Sequence record: OM386662.1
Origin: Escherichia phage vB_EcoM_ESCO47
Strand: one strand, 5' to 3'
Length of the DNA stretch: 64,000 nucleotides
The position numbers and the translations under genes are program-made. The notes under the pieces are model-generated. The model was given only the letters and a program-made list of their open reading frames with translations, did no database searches and had not been told where the DNA came from. How positions within the stretch are numbered: the first letter of the stretch is position 1; each line of letters starts with the position of its first letter. Shown here in pieces: positions 35,420 through 46,769 of this stretch.

Positions 35420-38400
35420 TTAAGCTAAACGAACGATATAGTTAAACGCAACGTTTTTAACAGTGTTCTCTGTATTACCTGTTGCGTTAACTGTTATTGT
35501 GTGACTATGTGAGCCTAATGCAACGGTGTGTGTATGAGCACCAATACCTACAGTATGCGTATGAGCACCAACGGCCACGTTATGTGTATGTGCTCCAGCC
35601 GAAGCAGCAGTACCAGATAAAGAGTGACTGTGGTTGCCCTGACTGTCTGTTTTCGCACAATAACCAGCTCCCTGCTGGTTGGTTCCTTTAACCGTGGATA
35701 CACTTGCCGGAATGGTTACTGTTCCGTATTGGCTCCAACCACTACTGCTCATCCTTAAACCATCTGTGTGAGCATGGGCGCCGGTTGAGTTTGTGGAACC
35801 GCTCAGACTATGTGTATGCGCACCAGCTGAAGCAGCAGATTTGGTACCGTAGTCAAAACTCGAACTTGTCTTAGTACCGTAGTCAAAACTTGACGACGTT
35901 TTTGTACCTAGATCAACCGAGTTAGAAGAAGCACTATGGGTATGAGATTTAACACCATCTGCTTCTGTACTCAACACTGCACGACCACTCGGTTTACCTT
36001 TAATAGTTTGTCCACGCATATCAGGAATAGTTCCTGAAGTATATACTGCACCTAATTTAGGATACGCCGCTTTGTCAAAAGTCTGGCCTTCCATAATAGC
36101 ATAACCCACAGGAGGTGTATCAGTTGGCCATGGAATCGGAGCACCAATCGGATAACTAGAGATGATATCCGTCTTAAGACTATTTATCGTCGTATTTAGG
36201 TTAGCAAAGTTACCAGTACCACCTGTGATATTACCATCAGTACCAATTATAACGGTATTAATTTCAATTTTATTAGGTGAACGGAACGAGCCATCACGTC
36301 TAAATTGCCATGCTAAATCCGCCTTTTGTGGACCTGTTGAATCATTATCACCGCCTTCATGATAGTGAATTCTAAAATCACCCGTACTAATTAATGTACC
36401 CAAAGAATAACAACTATCGCCCTGGACATATCGTTGTTTCAAAATAGGAACGTAAGTACTTGTATCTGTACGATTAATATTCATGTAGAATGGGGCACGA
36501 ACATTTTCATTATTTTGCGAGACAAATGAACCAGCCCCTGCTGGTTTAACAATATCAGTACATTCAGCATCAATATATGTCGACTGCCCTAATTGCATAC
36601 GGAAATTAGGACTTATACGCGAATTAGTGGTCAACACAACGAGTTTTGTATCATTGTCTACGGTGACCATATTACCGCCGGCACCATCATCACCTAATGT
36701 AACGGTATGACGCATTTGTACCATGCCATTATTAAGACTAATACTTAATGGGCGGAGATTACTTATTCCACCGCTTTCACCAGCATCTTTGGGAGTTGGA
36801 ATAATATGCAATGCTGCTTCAGAGCGGCGGAAAATAGCACCGTATTCGGCATTCCAAATTCTTAATGCATCATTAGTTCCACCAATTTTAACTTGACCAC
36901 TAATAGAAGAACCGCCTGTTAAACTAAGTCCATTGCTCATGGTAACTGCACCATTTAAAGTGCTCAAACCATCAACTTTAAGACTTCCTGCAGTGTTAAT
37001 AGAGCCGTTAGCATTAACTTGTCCATTGAACTGGGATACAACAGGCCCAGTAGTTTCAGAGCCACTTGGAGCCATACGCTGTGAATAAAAATAATATCCT
37101 TGTCCATCAGAAACTTCGAATACTGTTTCGCGCGCTTTGTCACCGGTAGCATTAAAACTATTACCCCAAGCTTTAACAGTCACATAACTTTTATTCTGTC
37201 CTGCTCTAGAACCAGCTTCCCACAAGATTTGTTTTGTGCCGTCTACCCCTGTAGGAGCTTTAAATGTTAAAGCCGACGTATTATCGTCACCTGCAAAATA
37301 CATGCCGGATCGTATAGAAATACGTTGGGTTGAATAGATGGTACCATCAGCCCTAAGATTTAATTCATTATTACCGGTTTTGATGTTTAATATGCCAGGT
37401 TCAACAATAAGACCCTCGGACATAGATACTGCCATACGTCCTGTGCCACGGAAATAATGATAAAACTTACCATTACTATTATACCCAAGATGAGTTTGTC
37501 CATCACCGTTAGCATTACCATCAGGAGTTGTTTGAATTGTTAAAACAGAAGCGTTATTTCCAGGCATTACCCAGGTGGCACCAGAGTCATCTGAGCGACC
37601 GACAGTCAAACGTTTCGTACTTAAAAATACCCCATTTGTTAAAGTCGCAGTAGAAGTACCTTGTGCAACAAAATCAATTTTACCTGAAGCGATAGATTTG
37701 AATCCAGTAGATGGGTCCCCTAGAACTATATAACATTCGCCCATAGCGCCAGTTGAACCATAGTTATTAATGTTTTCATCTGCGGTAATTGTGCCAATTG
37801 CGAGAGAACGACGTAATACTAAAGATCCATCATTACGAAGACCCATCCGTTTATTAATCGCGGTGTCACCTGTCCACCAAGAAATCTCTTCGCTTTTACC
37901 AGTTTGTGAAGAAACTAATTCATGATAAATCGTGCCGCCGGATTTTGCGCGGAATTTACGAAGATAGTTAATACCGTTTTCTTCACCTGTGCCAGGATAA
38001 ACATACTGAACTAATGATTGCGAATCGTATTGTCCAAATGCTTTTGTGTCTAAAACAATGGTTTTCGTATTAACTTGTGGAGCAGAAACTATACCAGTAG
38101 CGGAGTTAATATTGCCTGACGCAGAAATATTACCTGTTGCAACAACCAAGCTACCAGAATCAACCGTAAATCCACCATCGCGTCGGAAAGTCCAATATTT
38201 CGAAGTGCCTGTTTCATCAATATAATGCATCTTCATTGAGCCTTCATTAACTAAGGTCCCTAATGAGAAAGTACCATCTTTATAACGTTGCTTAATTAAC
38301 GGGTTATATTCTGAAGTAGCGGTTGATGCGGAAATATCCATGAAAATAGGGGCTTTTGCCGTGTGTTGACCGGCCCAAGAACCAACTCCGGTGCCCTTAT

Positions 38401-38674
38401 AAGCAAATTCGATATATCCACCTGATGCAACATTTTGTGAGCCTATTAAATTAAATGTACCTGTCTGAGTATAGTTACCTACATGAGTTACATTACCATT
38501 AATATCCCCACCTTTAGCGAACCCAAGGTTAATAATATTGCCTAAATCATCTTTTGTAAAAATAGTACGATCTTTTAAGTTTATAGCCAATTCACCTTCG
38601 GCTAATTGCGCAGCTGTTGGATTAACACCAGCTACTTTGCTTCTTTTAAATTGTATTTGCTTAATAGTAGCCAT
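35420..38674 (-). CDS. 37: long tail fibre distal subunit gp37
   Basis: 1084 aa; C-terminal His boxes GAHTHN/GAHTHT/GAHTHT/GSHSHT and terminal [11 protein letters not shown]. Confidence 0.9.
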   Translation of the reverse strand: MATIKQIQFKRSKVAGVNPTAAQLAEGELAINLKDRTIFTKDDLGNIINLGFAKGGDINGNVTHVGNYTQTGTFNLIGSQNVASGGYIEFAYKGTGVGSWAGQHTAKAPIFMDISASTATSEYNPLIKQRYKDGTFSLGTLVNEGSMKMHYIDETGTSKYWTFRRDGGFTVDSGSLVVATGNISASGNINSATGIVSAPQVNTKTIVLDTKAFGQYDSQSLVQYVYPGTGEENGINYLRKFRAKSGGTIYHELVSSQTGKSEEISWWTGDTAINKRMGLRNDGSLVLRRSLAIGTITADENINNYGSTGAMGECYIVLGDPSTGFKSIASGKIDFVAQGTSTATLTNGVFLSTKRLTVGRSDDSGATWVMPGNNASVLTIQTTPDGNANGDGQTHLGYNSNGKFYHYFRGTGRMAVSMSEGLIVEPGILNIKTGNNELNLRADGTIYSTQRISIRSGMYFAGDDNTSALTFKAPTGVDGTKQILWEAGSRAGQNKSYVTVKAWGNSFNATGDKARETVFEVSDGQGYYFYSQRMAPSGSETTGPVVSQFNGQVNANGSINTAGSLKVDGLSTLNGAVTMSNGLSLTGGSSISGQVKIGGTNDALRIWNAEYGAIFRRSEAALHIIPTPKDAGESGGISNLRPLSISLNNGMVQMRHTVTLGDDGAGGNMVTVDNDTKLVVLTTNSRISPNFRMQLGQSTYIDAECTDIVKPAGAGSFVSQNNENVRAPFYMNINRTDTSTYVPILKQRYVQGDSCYSLGTLISTGDFRIHYHEGGDNDSTGPQKADLAWQFRRDGSFRSPNKIEINTVIIGTDGNITGGTGNFANLNTTINSLKTDIISSYPIGAPIPWPTDTPPVGYAIMEGQTFDKAAYPKLGAVYTSGTIPDMRGQTIKGKPSGRAVLSTEADGVKSHTHSASSNSVDLGTKTSSSFDYGTKTSSSFDYGTKSAASAGAHTHSLSGSTNSTGAHAHTDGLRMSSSGWSQYGTVTIPASVSTVKGTNQQGAGYCAKTDSQGNHSHSLSGTAASAGAHTHNVAVGAHTHTVGIGAHTHTVALGSHSHTITVNATGNTENTVKNVAFNYIVRLA

Positions 38675-38688
38675 AAGTCCTCTTTAAC

Positions 38689-39351
38689 TTAATAATAGCC
38701 GAAATCTTGTACAGAATCTTTAATAACAATTTGGTCAAAACGAGGAACGTGTGAAGGATCTGACGCAGGGTTCTGGGAGAAAAAGTTTGGAGCTGTTAAT
38801 GCACCAATCATAGTATCGCCTGAACGAAGTACACGGCTGTTTGCGTTATTATTAACTGTATTTATTTGCCCATCAACATAATCTTTACGAGTAAGGTCAT
38901 TAGCCGCGATAGGAGCAACTGCATTACTTCTTATTTGACCTACTGCTGTCACAACGCCTTTTGTACTAATATCACCATTACGTGCATTAATTACAACAGT
39001 TCGGTCTGCTGAACCTTGTGATGATTTAAAACCAATACCATTCCACGAAACGATGTCGATATTTGCCATATCAAAAGTAGCTGAATCACCGTTACCTGGA
39101 TAAACACCACACTGTTGACTACTACCTACGGTAGGAACATGTACGCCTCCATTAAATCGAACAGTTGCAGCGTAAGTACCACCATTAGCTTTAGAAACGA
39201 AATCGTTATCAGCCGCTTGTGGTTTGTTATATTCAGAATATAATTTAAACGTTTTGTATAAGATGTCGTCGCCAGCTGGCATTAAAGGGAAATTACCTTG
39301 GTGCCAAATGACCGAACCACCTGTTGTTGAACCTGCTTTTAAATCTGCCAT
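38689..39351 (-). CDS. 36: long tail fibre protein gp36
   Basis: 220 aa; size and position between 35 and 37. Confidence 0.85.
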   Translation of the reverse strand: MADLKAGSTTGGSVIWHQGNFPLMPAGDDILYKTFKLYSEYNKPQAADNDFVSKANGGTYAATVRFNGGVHVPTVGSSQQCGVYPGNGDSATFDMANIDIVSWNGIGFKSSQGSADRTVVINARNGDISTKGVVTAVGQIRSNAVAPIAANDLTRKDYVDGQINTVNNNANSRVLRSGDTMIGALTAPNFFSQNPASDPSHVPRFDQIVIKDSVQDFGYY

Positions 39352-39377
39352 TATTTGGCCTCCTTATAAGTATACCG

Positions 39378-39385
39378 TATTTATA
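39378..39385 (-). promoter_or_regulatory. late promoter (TATAAATA) for gene 36
   Basis: Plus strand TATTTATA = minus TATAAATA, about 27 nt upstream of the gene 36 start codon at 39351. Confidence 0.7.
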
Positions 39386-39410
39386 CAAAAATGGGAGACC
39401 GAAGTCTCCC
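39386..39410 (-). terminator. rho-independent terminator after gene 35 (minus strand)
   Basis: Minus-strand GGGAGAC-TTCG-GTCTCCC then ATTTTTG; immediately precedes the gene 36 late promoter. Confidence 0.6.
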
Positions 39411-39414
39411 TAAA

Positions 39415-40542
39415 TTATTCCGATGCTTCTCTAAATTCTTGACCAAATACTTTACCCGTATCAGTTGAAGATTGGGTAGGGAACGTCATAATATCTGGAG
39501 GACTTAAAGATTCTGAAACATAATTTACACGAATACCATTTACACCAAATTCTGCGGCCTTCGGTATACTTCCATTACACGAAACTTCAGTGAATATAAT
39601 ATTTCGTAATCCACCTTGACCGGCTGCCGCAGTTCGATAACAATAAATTGTGAACCCGTCAGCATCAGCAGGAATTTTAGTATACTCTTCAAATATCTTC
39701 CATTGTCCTGCTGTTCCATCAAAGTTTAAATCTTTAAATGAAATAGGAGACGTTGAAGGAGATTTAAAGAAACGTATAGAAAGTCTTGTGGTTCCTTGAG
39801 CTAACAAATCAGCGTCAGCCATCATCTGGAATTTCGTATAAAGAAAATCACCAGGCTTTAAATTGTAGTTAGCAAGAGGAGTCACTAGTGATGTTGTAGG
39901 CATCCTTTTAACTTCATTATTAGTTCCACCAACGGTAGATAAAAATGTATCCGTCGATTCAAATGTGCGAACAGGGAAACCGGTAGCACCTATATCATCA
40001 ATTGTATCATAAACGACTTCTAACGGAGTGCTATAATCAGCACGAGACTTTTTATTTCCATATTTTATATGCTCTAAAGCAATAGCGTTCTTTCCTGACA
40101 CATAAAACGCGGAATATGAAATGTCCACGATATTTAACACCGGTTGAGCCATAGGAATAACTGAACTACCTGCTTTAGTGAACCAAGTTAAAACTTCAGG
40201 CGGGAAGTTAGTCTTATTATTTGTCACAAAAGCAAATATGAATCCGGGAGCGTAAGAGTTCATAAATGCAACAAAAGCATTTGAAGTTGCGTCGTTTACA
40301 GTAGAAAAATTATAAACTTTACTTTCTACTATGGCACCTGACGACGGATTTATAATGCGAACATTTAATCCAACTGCGAAAACTTGACCACCGAGCGGAC
40401 TATCCTGAAAATTTATATACGGGTTTGTAGTTGAAAGCGGGCATGAACCCGCTATACTTAATTTAAATCTTACTGAATTGCTTTCCGATAAAAATGGCGT
40501 TTGGACGTATCCTTGTCCAAACTTAGCCATAAATTTTTCCAT
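39415..40542 (-). CDS. 35: long tail fibre hinge protein gp35
   Basis: 375 aa; size and position between 34 and 36. Confidence 0.85.
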   Translation of the reverse strand: MEKFMAKFGQGYVQTPFLSESNSVRFKLSIAGSCPLSTTNPYINFQDSPLGGQVFAVGLNVRIINPSSGAIVESKVYNFSTVNDATSNAFVAFMNSYAPGFIFAFVTNNKTNFPPEVLTWFTKAGSSVIPMAQPVLNIVDISYSAFYVSGKNAIALEHIKYGNKKSRADYSTPLEVVYDTIDDIGATGFPVRTFESTDTFLSTVGGTNNEVKRMPTTSLVTPLANYNLKPGDFLYTKFQMMADADLLAQGTTRLSIRFFKSPSTSPISFKDLNFDGTAGQWKIFEEYTKIPADADGFTIYCYRTAAAGQGGLRNIIFTEVSCNGSIPKAAEFGVNGIRVNYVSESLSPPDIMTFPTQSSTDTGKVFGQEFREASE

Positions 40543-40550
40543 AATACCTC

Positions 40551-43500
40551 TTATTCAATCCATTCGAATTTAACGGTTTTATTAATTGGATCTGGAACAA
40601 TTCTAACATTACCTATACGCAAGAAGTCACGAATAGTAAGGTTACCAATTACCGCGTTATCTGAAGGCAGAGCACCGACATCTGACGGTGAAGGTGGGTT
40701 ACCACTATCAAACACCATAGCAAAAGACGTCCAAGCATCTTTATTTCTCTGCCAGGTTCTAGTGTAACGTATACTACCGCCATTAGCTCCTGTCGGATAA
40801 CAAATCCAATCTTGATAAAGAGAATTTAAACTATTACCGAATTGGGTTAATGTGCCTGGATATTTAATTTCTTGAACACGATTACCTGCAGCATCCCTAG
40901 TCCAATAACCTGGGAACTGAGTATATGTCGCTTCATCATTAATATCGATAGACCAGAATCCAACCGTGCCTTCGGTAGGTTTACGAGTATAAAGATCAGC
41001 CGTTTTAGAGCCACTAGAAATGATTCGACTGTTTACAGTTAAACCACCTGAAGTAATAGTAGCACCATTTGTTATCTGTACACCGTTATCTAATCTAACC
41101 AGACCTGTAGCATTATTGATAGTCAATGGGCGTAATGAGTTAAATGTCCCAGACTGATTACCAGAATCGGTTAAAACGAAATATGAACTATTTCCGGCGT
41201 TATGAATCATAAAGCCGTAGTTACCATTAATCGCTCTAAATGCTATAGGAGATCGAGAAACAATTTCACCATTAGACGAAATAGAACCGGTAGAAGTGGT
41301 CGTACCTGTCACAGTCAAATTACCTGTTGCATTAAGGTTTACGGATGTCAATCCACCATTAACGTTCATCTGGATATTGCCAAGATTATTTCTCTGAGTA
41401 TAGAAATGATGGCTTGTTTCATCACTAACTTCAAATACTGTAGCTCGTGTTTTATCAGCACCGCTGCCAAACGTATTACCAAAAACTCGAATAGAAACGT
41501 TTTCTGTTGAACTTGTGGCGTACTGATTTCCCTTTTCGAAAATTAGACGCGGAGCAGTATCGGTATTAGCAATAGTTAATGTACTATTTGCGGATACTGA
41601 ACCACCAAAGAATCCGGTGCTTGTAGATACTAAAGGAGCACTCAGGTTCAATTGTTTAGTCAGACTTAAAGAACCATTAACTGTCTGGTCGATATCTCTA
41701 CGGATAAACTGAAGAGAATCCAGGCCATCTAACAACTCAGTATCAGCGGCTTTTGCTTTCAATGGTAAATAGTTAGCAAGCACACGGTTAAATTCATAAG
41801 GAGAAATAGCATAACTATTTTTCTCGTATAAGTTTAGATCCTGAGTATTGCCTTGTGTATCATTACCAACAAAAGTGATAGAACCGGATGAAGTTTTAAC
41901 GAATCCGCGAATCGCCGTAGTAGCAGCCCATGTTGGTTCATTCTGGACAATCCATTTTAAATTCTTAGGAGATACAGCGGTATTAGCTGAAGTACCAGTA
42001 ACTGTTTCTGCTTGGGTGGCGACTTTAATTACACCTTCAGAAGTTTCAGTGGACTTAGTCCCTAAAAGCTTTTTAGGAGTAATAAGAACATCATCTAAAG
42101 TTCCTGCATTAGATTCTGCCTGGGTCGCTACGCGAAGTGTACCACGTTGTGTTTCATTTGCTTTAGAAATATCGAGAGTATAATGGTTCCACAAGGTTCC
42201 TTCTTCAATAAGTCCGGAATCAGAATTAACACCAGTACGGTCAGAAGAATCAAAATGAGTTTTAACTTTCAAGGGAGTTGAAATTCGAGTATCATCAGTC
42301 CCAGCATCAAATTCAACTTGAGTTGCAATCTCTGCAATACCACTTAAAGCTTCTGTAGCTTTCCTGTCATTTAACGTTTTAGGCGTTACCGCACGAGTAT
42401 AATCAGTCCCAGCATCAGTCTCTGCTTGCGTAGCAATTTCAATTAAACCAATACGTCCGTCTGTAGAAGTTTTCTTATGCAGAGTTTCGGGGGTGACAAC
42501 AGCATGAGAATAACCAGCTTGAGATTGACCTGCAATTACTTCACTTTCAAGAGCCAGAATAGTAGCACCCTGTTGAGTAGAAGTCGCTTTATACTGATCG
42601 AGAGCTTTAGGCGAAATAGTTAACGTAGTTGTGTCTTTATTATAAACGTTAGTGCCTGCAGTCCCACGAGTAGCAGCAGGAGTAGCTGAAGCAGTCGATA
42701 CATATTTAACTATACCTGATAGAGTTTCTGAACCCTGACGTGCCTGTAATTTCTTAGGAGTGATAATAGTTGTATCATCGGTCCCAGCATCAGTCTCTGC
42801 TTGAGTAGCTATTTCTGCTAAACCGCGACGAGTTTCAGTCGCTGTACGCTCATTTAATTTCTTAGGTGTAACAATTGTATCATCAACAAATGTTGCAGTA
42901 GAATCCTGATTAACTTGAGCGGTAGTAGCAGTTTTTGCAATACCACGTCGAGTTTCAGTCGCTGTACGATTAGCTAATGTCTCTGGGGTAATTGCAACTT
43001 CTTTAGCCGGAGAATTTTCTAAATCAACATTTGCTTGTGCTTGGTTAGCCAAAGCAATAACACCTACACGAGCACGAGTAGTATCATTTAATGAATCAAC
43101 ACGTTCTACAGTCGGTATGTTTTGTTGAACAATCCAATAGTTGTTTCTACCGGCTTCTTCGATATAAGCTAATTCAATTACAGGAACATAAGAAGTAGTC
43201 CCATTAAATTCTAACTCTGTAACGGAAACCCAATCGGCATCAGGTGGATATTCTGAACGTTTAGGGAACTGAAGAAGTTCTACACTACTATAAATTGTAT
43301 CGGTACTTGCGGCTTTAATTTTAACCGTTTGACCTTTACGCATATAGTTTAATGAAATTTTAACAGTGTCTCCACTCAAAATTCCGGTAGGAAGAGTAAG
43401 ATTCACAGTTGATACTGAAGCATTGTTAGCACCAAACACGAGAATTTCTTCGTTAGGGCTAATTACGGTGTCAGTTCGTACAATGCGCAGTCGTGATTTC

Positions 43501-44396
43501 TGGTCACCTTCCCATACTCTCCACAAACTAGATGCTGCATCAAAAATAAAAAGAGCATCAGCAAAATTACGACCTTCAGCGATATGTGTCCCAACTTCAC
43601 GGATAGAAGTCGTATCATCAAATGTTTTAACAATTGTATGATACAAAGGGTTTAATTTATCCAAATCGACGAGATTAATTACGTCACCGTTATTAGCGTT
43701 GCGTGGCAATGTAATATTAATAGGAGCTGCACTGGTAAAACGACGAATAATAAAATCATTAGCTTGCGCCTGATAAGGTGCCGCTGGAGTTACTATAGTA
43801 GATTTGTTACCATAATCAACAAGATACATGTGCCATAAACGATTGCTGAAAACTAAAACAATCTGAGATTTAGGGTGAGTCATTAAAACCGAACGAACCT
43901 GTTCGCCTTTAAAGTTCACAATACTCTGAACTGAAGCGTTGATTTGCACTTTAACTGTGCCTGGTTTGCCACCAATATCCGCTAAAACGATTGTATCACC
44001 ATCAACAGGAGAGCTAGGCAAAGTGAAGTCCATGTCATTCCCGGCGGCTGTATTAACAGAAATCGATTCACCTGATGCTAATTGATATGACCCAGTAGAA
44101 ACGGTTATCCACTGTGCATCTGTACGAACTGCACGCCACAGACCTAAATTGAAATTACCTGCCGGAGAAGGAATATCATTAATTGCTTGATATAAGCGGT
44201 TATCATAAAGAACAACAAACCCGCGCACGTATCCGCGTGTATTACTATAATTCTGTACGGTGTTTTCTTGTACCAGGAAGTCAACGTTTACGCCATCAGT
44301 ACCAACTGTACGGTCGGCTAATGCTACGTTAACAATCTTGTCGCCACCGGCGTCCAGTCCGTCTTCGGCTCTGAACTTACGTTTGATGTCGGCCAT
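40551..44396 (-). CDS. 34: long tail fibre proximal subunit gp34
   Basis: 1281 aa; internal repeats of roughly 30 aa (ATQAETDAGTDDT...TPKKL type). Confidence 0.9.
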   Translation of the reverse strand: MADIKRKFRAEDGLDAGGDKIVNVALADRTVGTDGVNVDFLVQENTVQNYSNTRGYVRGFVVLYDNRLYQAINDIPSPAGNFNLGLWRAVRTDAQWITVSTGSYQLASGESISVNTAAGNDMDFTLPSSPVDGDTIVLADIGGKPGTVKVQINASVQSIVNFKGEQVRSVLMTHPKSQIVLVFSNRLWHMYLVDYGNKSTIVTPAAPYQAQANDFIIRRFTSAAPINITLPRNANNGDVINLVDLDKLNPLYHTIVKTFDDTTSIREVGTHIAEGRNFADALFIFDAASSLWRVWEGDQKSRLRIVRTDTVISPNEEILVFGANNASVSTVNLTLPTGILSGDTVKISLNYMRKGQTVKIKAASTDTIYSSVELLQFPKRSEYPPDADWVSVTELEFNGTTSYVPVIELAYIEEAGRNNYWIVQQNIPTVERVDSLNDTTRARVGVIALANQAQANVDLENSPAKEVAITPETLANRTATETRRGIAKTATTAQVNQDSTATFVDDTIVTPKKLNERTATETRRGLAEIATQAETDAGTDDTTIITPKKLQARQGSETLSGIVKYVSTASATPAATRGTAGTNVYNKDTTTLTISPKALDQYKATSTQQGATILALESEVIAGQSQAGYSHAVVTPETLHKKTSTDGRIGLIEIATQAETDAGTDYTRAVTPKTLNDRKATEALSGIAEIATQVEFDAGTDDTRISTPLKVKTHFDSSDRTGVNSDSGLIEEGTLWNHYTLDISKANETQRGTLRVATQAESNAGTLDDVLITPKKLLGTKSTETSEGVIKVATQAETVTGTSANTAVSPKNLKWIVQNEPTWAATTAIRGFVKTSSGSITFVGNDTQGNTQDLNLYEKNSYAISPYEFNRVLANYLPLKAKAADTELLDGLDSLQFIRRDIDQTVNGSLSLTKQLNLSAPLVSTSTGFFGGSVSANSTLTIANTDTAPRLIFEKGNQYATSSTENVSIRVFGNTFGSGADKTRATVFEVSDETSHHFYTQRNNLGNIQMNVNGGLTSVNLNATGNLTVTGTTTSTGSISSNGEIVSRSPIAFRAINGNYGFMIHNAGNSSYFVLTDSGNQSGTFNSLRPLTINNATGLVRLDNGVQITNGATITSGGLTVNSRIISSGSKTADLYTRKPTEGTVGFWSIDINDEATYTQFPGYWTRDAAGNRVQEIKYPGTLTQFGNSLNSLYQDWICYPTGANGGSIRYTRTWQRNKDAWTSFAMVFDSGNPPSPSDVGALPSDNAVIGNLTIRDFLRIGNVRIVPDPINKTVKFEWIE

Positions 44397-44426
44397 TCGT
44401 TTTTCCTTTATTGTTTCAATAATACT

Positions 44427-44434
44427 TATTTATA
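44427..44434 (-). promoter_or_regulatory. late promoter (TATAAATA) for gene 34
   Basis: Plus strand TATTTATA = minus TATAAATA, about 30 nt upstream of the gene 34 start codon at 44396. Confidence 0.7.
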
Positions 44435-44437
44435 CCA

Positions 44438-44467
44438 GTTTACGCTTTCAAACGGTTATGTTACTAT
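44438..44467 (+). promoter_or_regulatory. early promoter-like element upstream of rnh
   Basis: -35 GTTTAC 44438-44443, -10 TACTAT 44462-44467; ATG at 44500. Confidence 0.5.
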
Positions 44468-44499
44468 AGACAAGTTGACTAACTGAACAAGAGGTTCAT

Positions 44500-45417
44500 A
44501 TGGATTTAGAAATGATGTTGGATGAAGATTATAAAGAAGGTGTTGTGCTTGCAGACTTTAGTAACATCGCGTTAGCTGCAGCATTAAACAACTTTGAAGA
44601 CGGTGATAAGATCACAGTACCTATGGTTCGCCATGTAATCTTGAATTCTATTCGTAAAAACGTTGTGATGTTTCGTAAACAAGGTTATTCAAAATTTGTT
44701 CTATGTATGGATAACGCTACTTCGGGTTACTGGCGACGTGACTTTGCATACTACTACAAGAAAAACCGTAAAACTGATCGCGAAGCTTCAAAATGGGATT
44801 GGGAAGGTTATTTCACTGCTCTCCGTCAAGTTGTTGATGAGCTAAAGAAATATATGCCTTATGTTGTAATGGACATTGACAAATATGAAGCGGATGACCA
44901 TATTGGTGTTCTTTCTAAACACTTATCCCTTTTAGGATATAAAGTTCTCATCGCTGCATCTGATGGTGACTTTACACAATTGCACAAATATCCTAACGTA
45001 AAACAATGGTCTCCACCACAGAAAAAATGGGTTAAAACTAAGAATGGTTCTGCTGAAATCGATTGCATGACCAAAATTCTTAAAGGTGACCGTAAGGATG
45101 GTGTCGCATCGGTTCGAGTTCGTGGTGATTTCTGGTTCACACGTCTTGAAGGTGAACGAACTCCAAGCATGAAAACAAGCATTATTGAAGCTATTGCTAA
45201 TGATCGTAGTCAAGCCGAAGTGCTTCTTAGCGCTGAAGAATATAAACGTTATCAAGAAAACTTGGTTTTAATTGATTTCGATTATATTCCTGACAATATT
45301 GCTTCAAACATTATAGAGTATTATAACTCTTACAAACCACAACCTAAAGGCAAGATTTATTCATATTTCGTTAAATCAGGTCTTTCTAAATTAACAAGCG
45401 TAATTAATGAATTCTGA
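44500..45417 (+). CDS. rnh: RNase H (5'-3' exonuclease, FEN family)
   Basis: 305 aa; MDLEMMLDEDYKEG... near-colinear with T4 RNase H as I recall it. Confidence 0.93.
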   Translation: MDLEMMLDEDYKEGVVLADFSNIALAAALNNFEDGDKITVPMVRHVILNSIRKNVVMFRKQGYSKFVLCMDNATSGYWRRDFAYYYKKNRKTDREASKWDWEGYFTALRQVVDELKKYMPYVVMDIDKYEADDHIGVLSKHLSLLGYKVLIAASDGDFTQLHKYPNVKQWSPPQKKWVKTKNGSAEIDCMTKILKGDRKDGVASVRVRGDFWFTRLEGERTPSMKTSIIEAIANDRSQAEVLLSAEEYKRYQENLVLIDFDYIPDNIASNIIEYYNSYKPQPKGKIYSYFVKSGLSKLTSVINEF

Positions 45418-45424
45418 GGTAAAC

Positions 45425-45694
45425 ATGGCTAAGAAAGAAGCAGTCGAATTTAATCAAGATGTACACGGTGAAGAACTGGCGAAACTGGTCAAGGAAGCTT
45501 CCGATAATAAACTTAAAATTTCTGGGTATAACGAACTGATTAAAGACATTCGTATTCGTGCTAAAGACGAACTTGGCGTCGATGGTAAAATGTTTAATCG
45601 TTTGCTGGCTCTTTATCATAAAGATGCTCGCGATCAATTTGAAGCCGAAACCGAAGAAGTGGTGGAATTATATGACACTGTTTTCACTAAGTGA
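45425..45694 (+). CDS. dsbA: double-stranded DNA-binding protein DsbA
   Basis: 89 aa from ATG 45425 (GAGG RBS); listed ORF begins at 45407. Confidence 0.8.
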   Translation: MAKKEAVEFNQDVHGEELAKLVKEASDNKLKISGYNELIKDIRIRAKDELGVDGKMFNRLLALYHKDARDQFEAETEEVVELYDTVFTK

Positions 45695-46010
45695 TATTAA
45701 ACCGGTCGATGAGGCCGGTCTCTCCGAAAAAGAGTTAGCGGTAAAACAAGACAAAGATGATATTGCTAAACTCCTTGATCGCCAAGAAAATGGCTTCTTA
45801 ATCGAGTCTATGGTAAATCAGTACGGTATGACTTATTTAGAAGCAACGACTGCTTTTCTGGAAGAGAACTCTATTCCTGAAACCCAGTTTGCTAAATTTA
45901 TTCCATCAGGAATTATTGAAAAAATTACAAGCGAAGCCGTTGATGAGAATATGCTTCGCCCTTCAATTGCTCGCGGTGAAAAAACTAATACGTTAGATTT
46001 CTTATTATGA
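45672..46010 (+). CDS. 33: late transcription co-activator gp33
   Basis: 112 aa from ATG 45672; ...LDRQENGF...EATTAFLEENSIPETQFAKFIPSGIIEKI matches T4 gp33 as I recall it. Confidence 0.8.
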   Translation: MTLFSLSDIKPVDEAGLSEKELAVKQDKDDIAKLLDRQENGFLIESMVNQYGMTYLEATTAFLEENSIPETQFAKFIPSGIIEKITSEAVDENMLRPSIARGEKTNTLDFLL

Positions 46011-46660
46011 TTAAAATACGCATGCCTCCTGATGGAGAACGTTATATTAATGGAAAATCGGTATACAAACTATACTTGATGTGCAAACAACATTTCAACG
46101 GTCGGTATGACGTAATCAAATATAACTGGTGCATGCGTGTTTCGGATAATGCATATCAAAAACGCCGAGATAAATATTTCTTTGAGAAACTAGCAGAGAA
46201 ATATAAGTTAAAGGAACTCACTCTGATATTCATTAGTAACTTAGTTGCTAACCAAGATGCTTGGATTGGTGAGATATCAGACGCTGATGCATTAGTTTTT
46301 TATAGGGAATATATTGGACGTCTTAAACAAGCCAAGGAGTCGTTCGCTGAAGACGTACGTAACATCTACTATTTCAGTAAGAAAGTGGAAGTTAACGCGC
46401 TTCAAGAAATATTTGATTATAATAATAAAGTTCAGTCGAGCTACATATTCAAACTACTACAAAGTAGTATAATTTCATTTGAGACCTTCTTGTTGTTGGA
46501 CTCATTCCTGAATATTATAGATAAGCATGACGAACTAACCGATAATTTAGTCTGGCAAAACTATTCTACCAAATTAAAGGCATATCGAAAAATACTTCAA
46601 ATCGATAGTAATGCCGCTAAGAAATTGTTCATAGAAACAATCAAATCTTGTAAATATTAA
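46007..46660 (+). CDS. 59: helicase loader gp59
   Basis: 217 aa; near-colinear with T4 gp59 as I recall it. Confidence 0.93.
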   Translation: MIKIRMPPDGERYINGKSVYKLYLMCKQHFNGRYDVIKYNWCMRVSDNAYQKRRDKYFFEKLAEKYKLKELTLIFISNLVANQDAWIGEISDADALVFYREYIGRLKQAKESFAEDVRNIYYFSKKVEVNALQEIFDYNNKVQSSYIFKLLQSSIISFETFLLLDSFLNIIDKHDELTDNLVWQNYSTKLKAYRKILQIDSNAAKKLFIETIKSCKY

Positions 46661-46690
46661 GCTTTATGCTTTGTGTGATAAAATTTATCG

Positions 46691-46698
46691 TATAAATA
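46691..46698 (+). promoter_or_regulatory. late promoter (TATAAATA) upstream of gene 32
   Basis: Exact TATAAATA in the gene 32 leader. Confidence 0.6.
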
Positions 46699-46708
46699 AA
46701 ACATACCA

Positions 46709-46734
46709 GCTACGAGGTGTAGTGTCGTAGCACC
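46709..46734 (+). promoter_or_regulatory. candidate gene 32 leader pseudoknot (translational operator)
   Basis: Stem GCTACG 46709-46714 / CGTAGC 46726-46731; loop GGTG 46716-46719 can pair with CACC 46731-46734; followed by A/U-rich leader to the RBS. Confidence 0.4.
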
Positions 46735-46769
46735 AACTGTAAAATTTAATAATCTAAAAGGTAAATATA

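Noticed and set aside
41202-44469. Plus-strand ORFs (102, 111, 91 and 69 aa) within the gene 34 region
   Set aside because: They lie antisense inside the 1281-aa tail-fibre gene and lack RBSs; shadow ORFs
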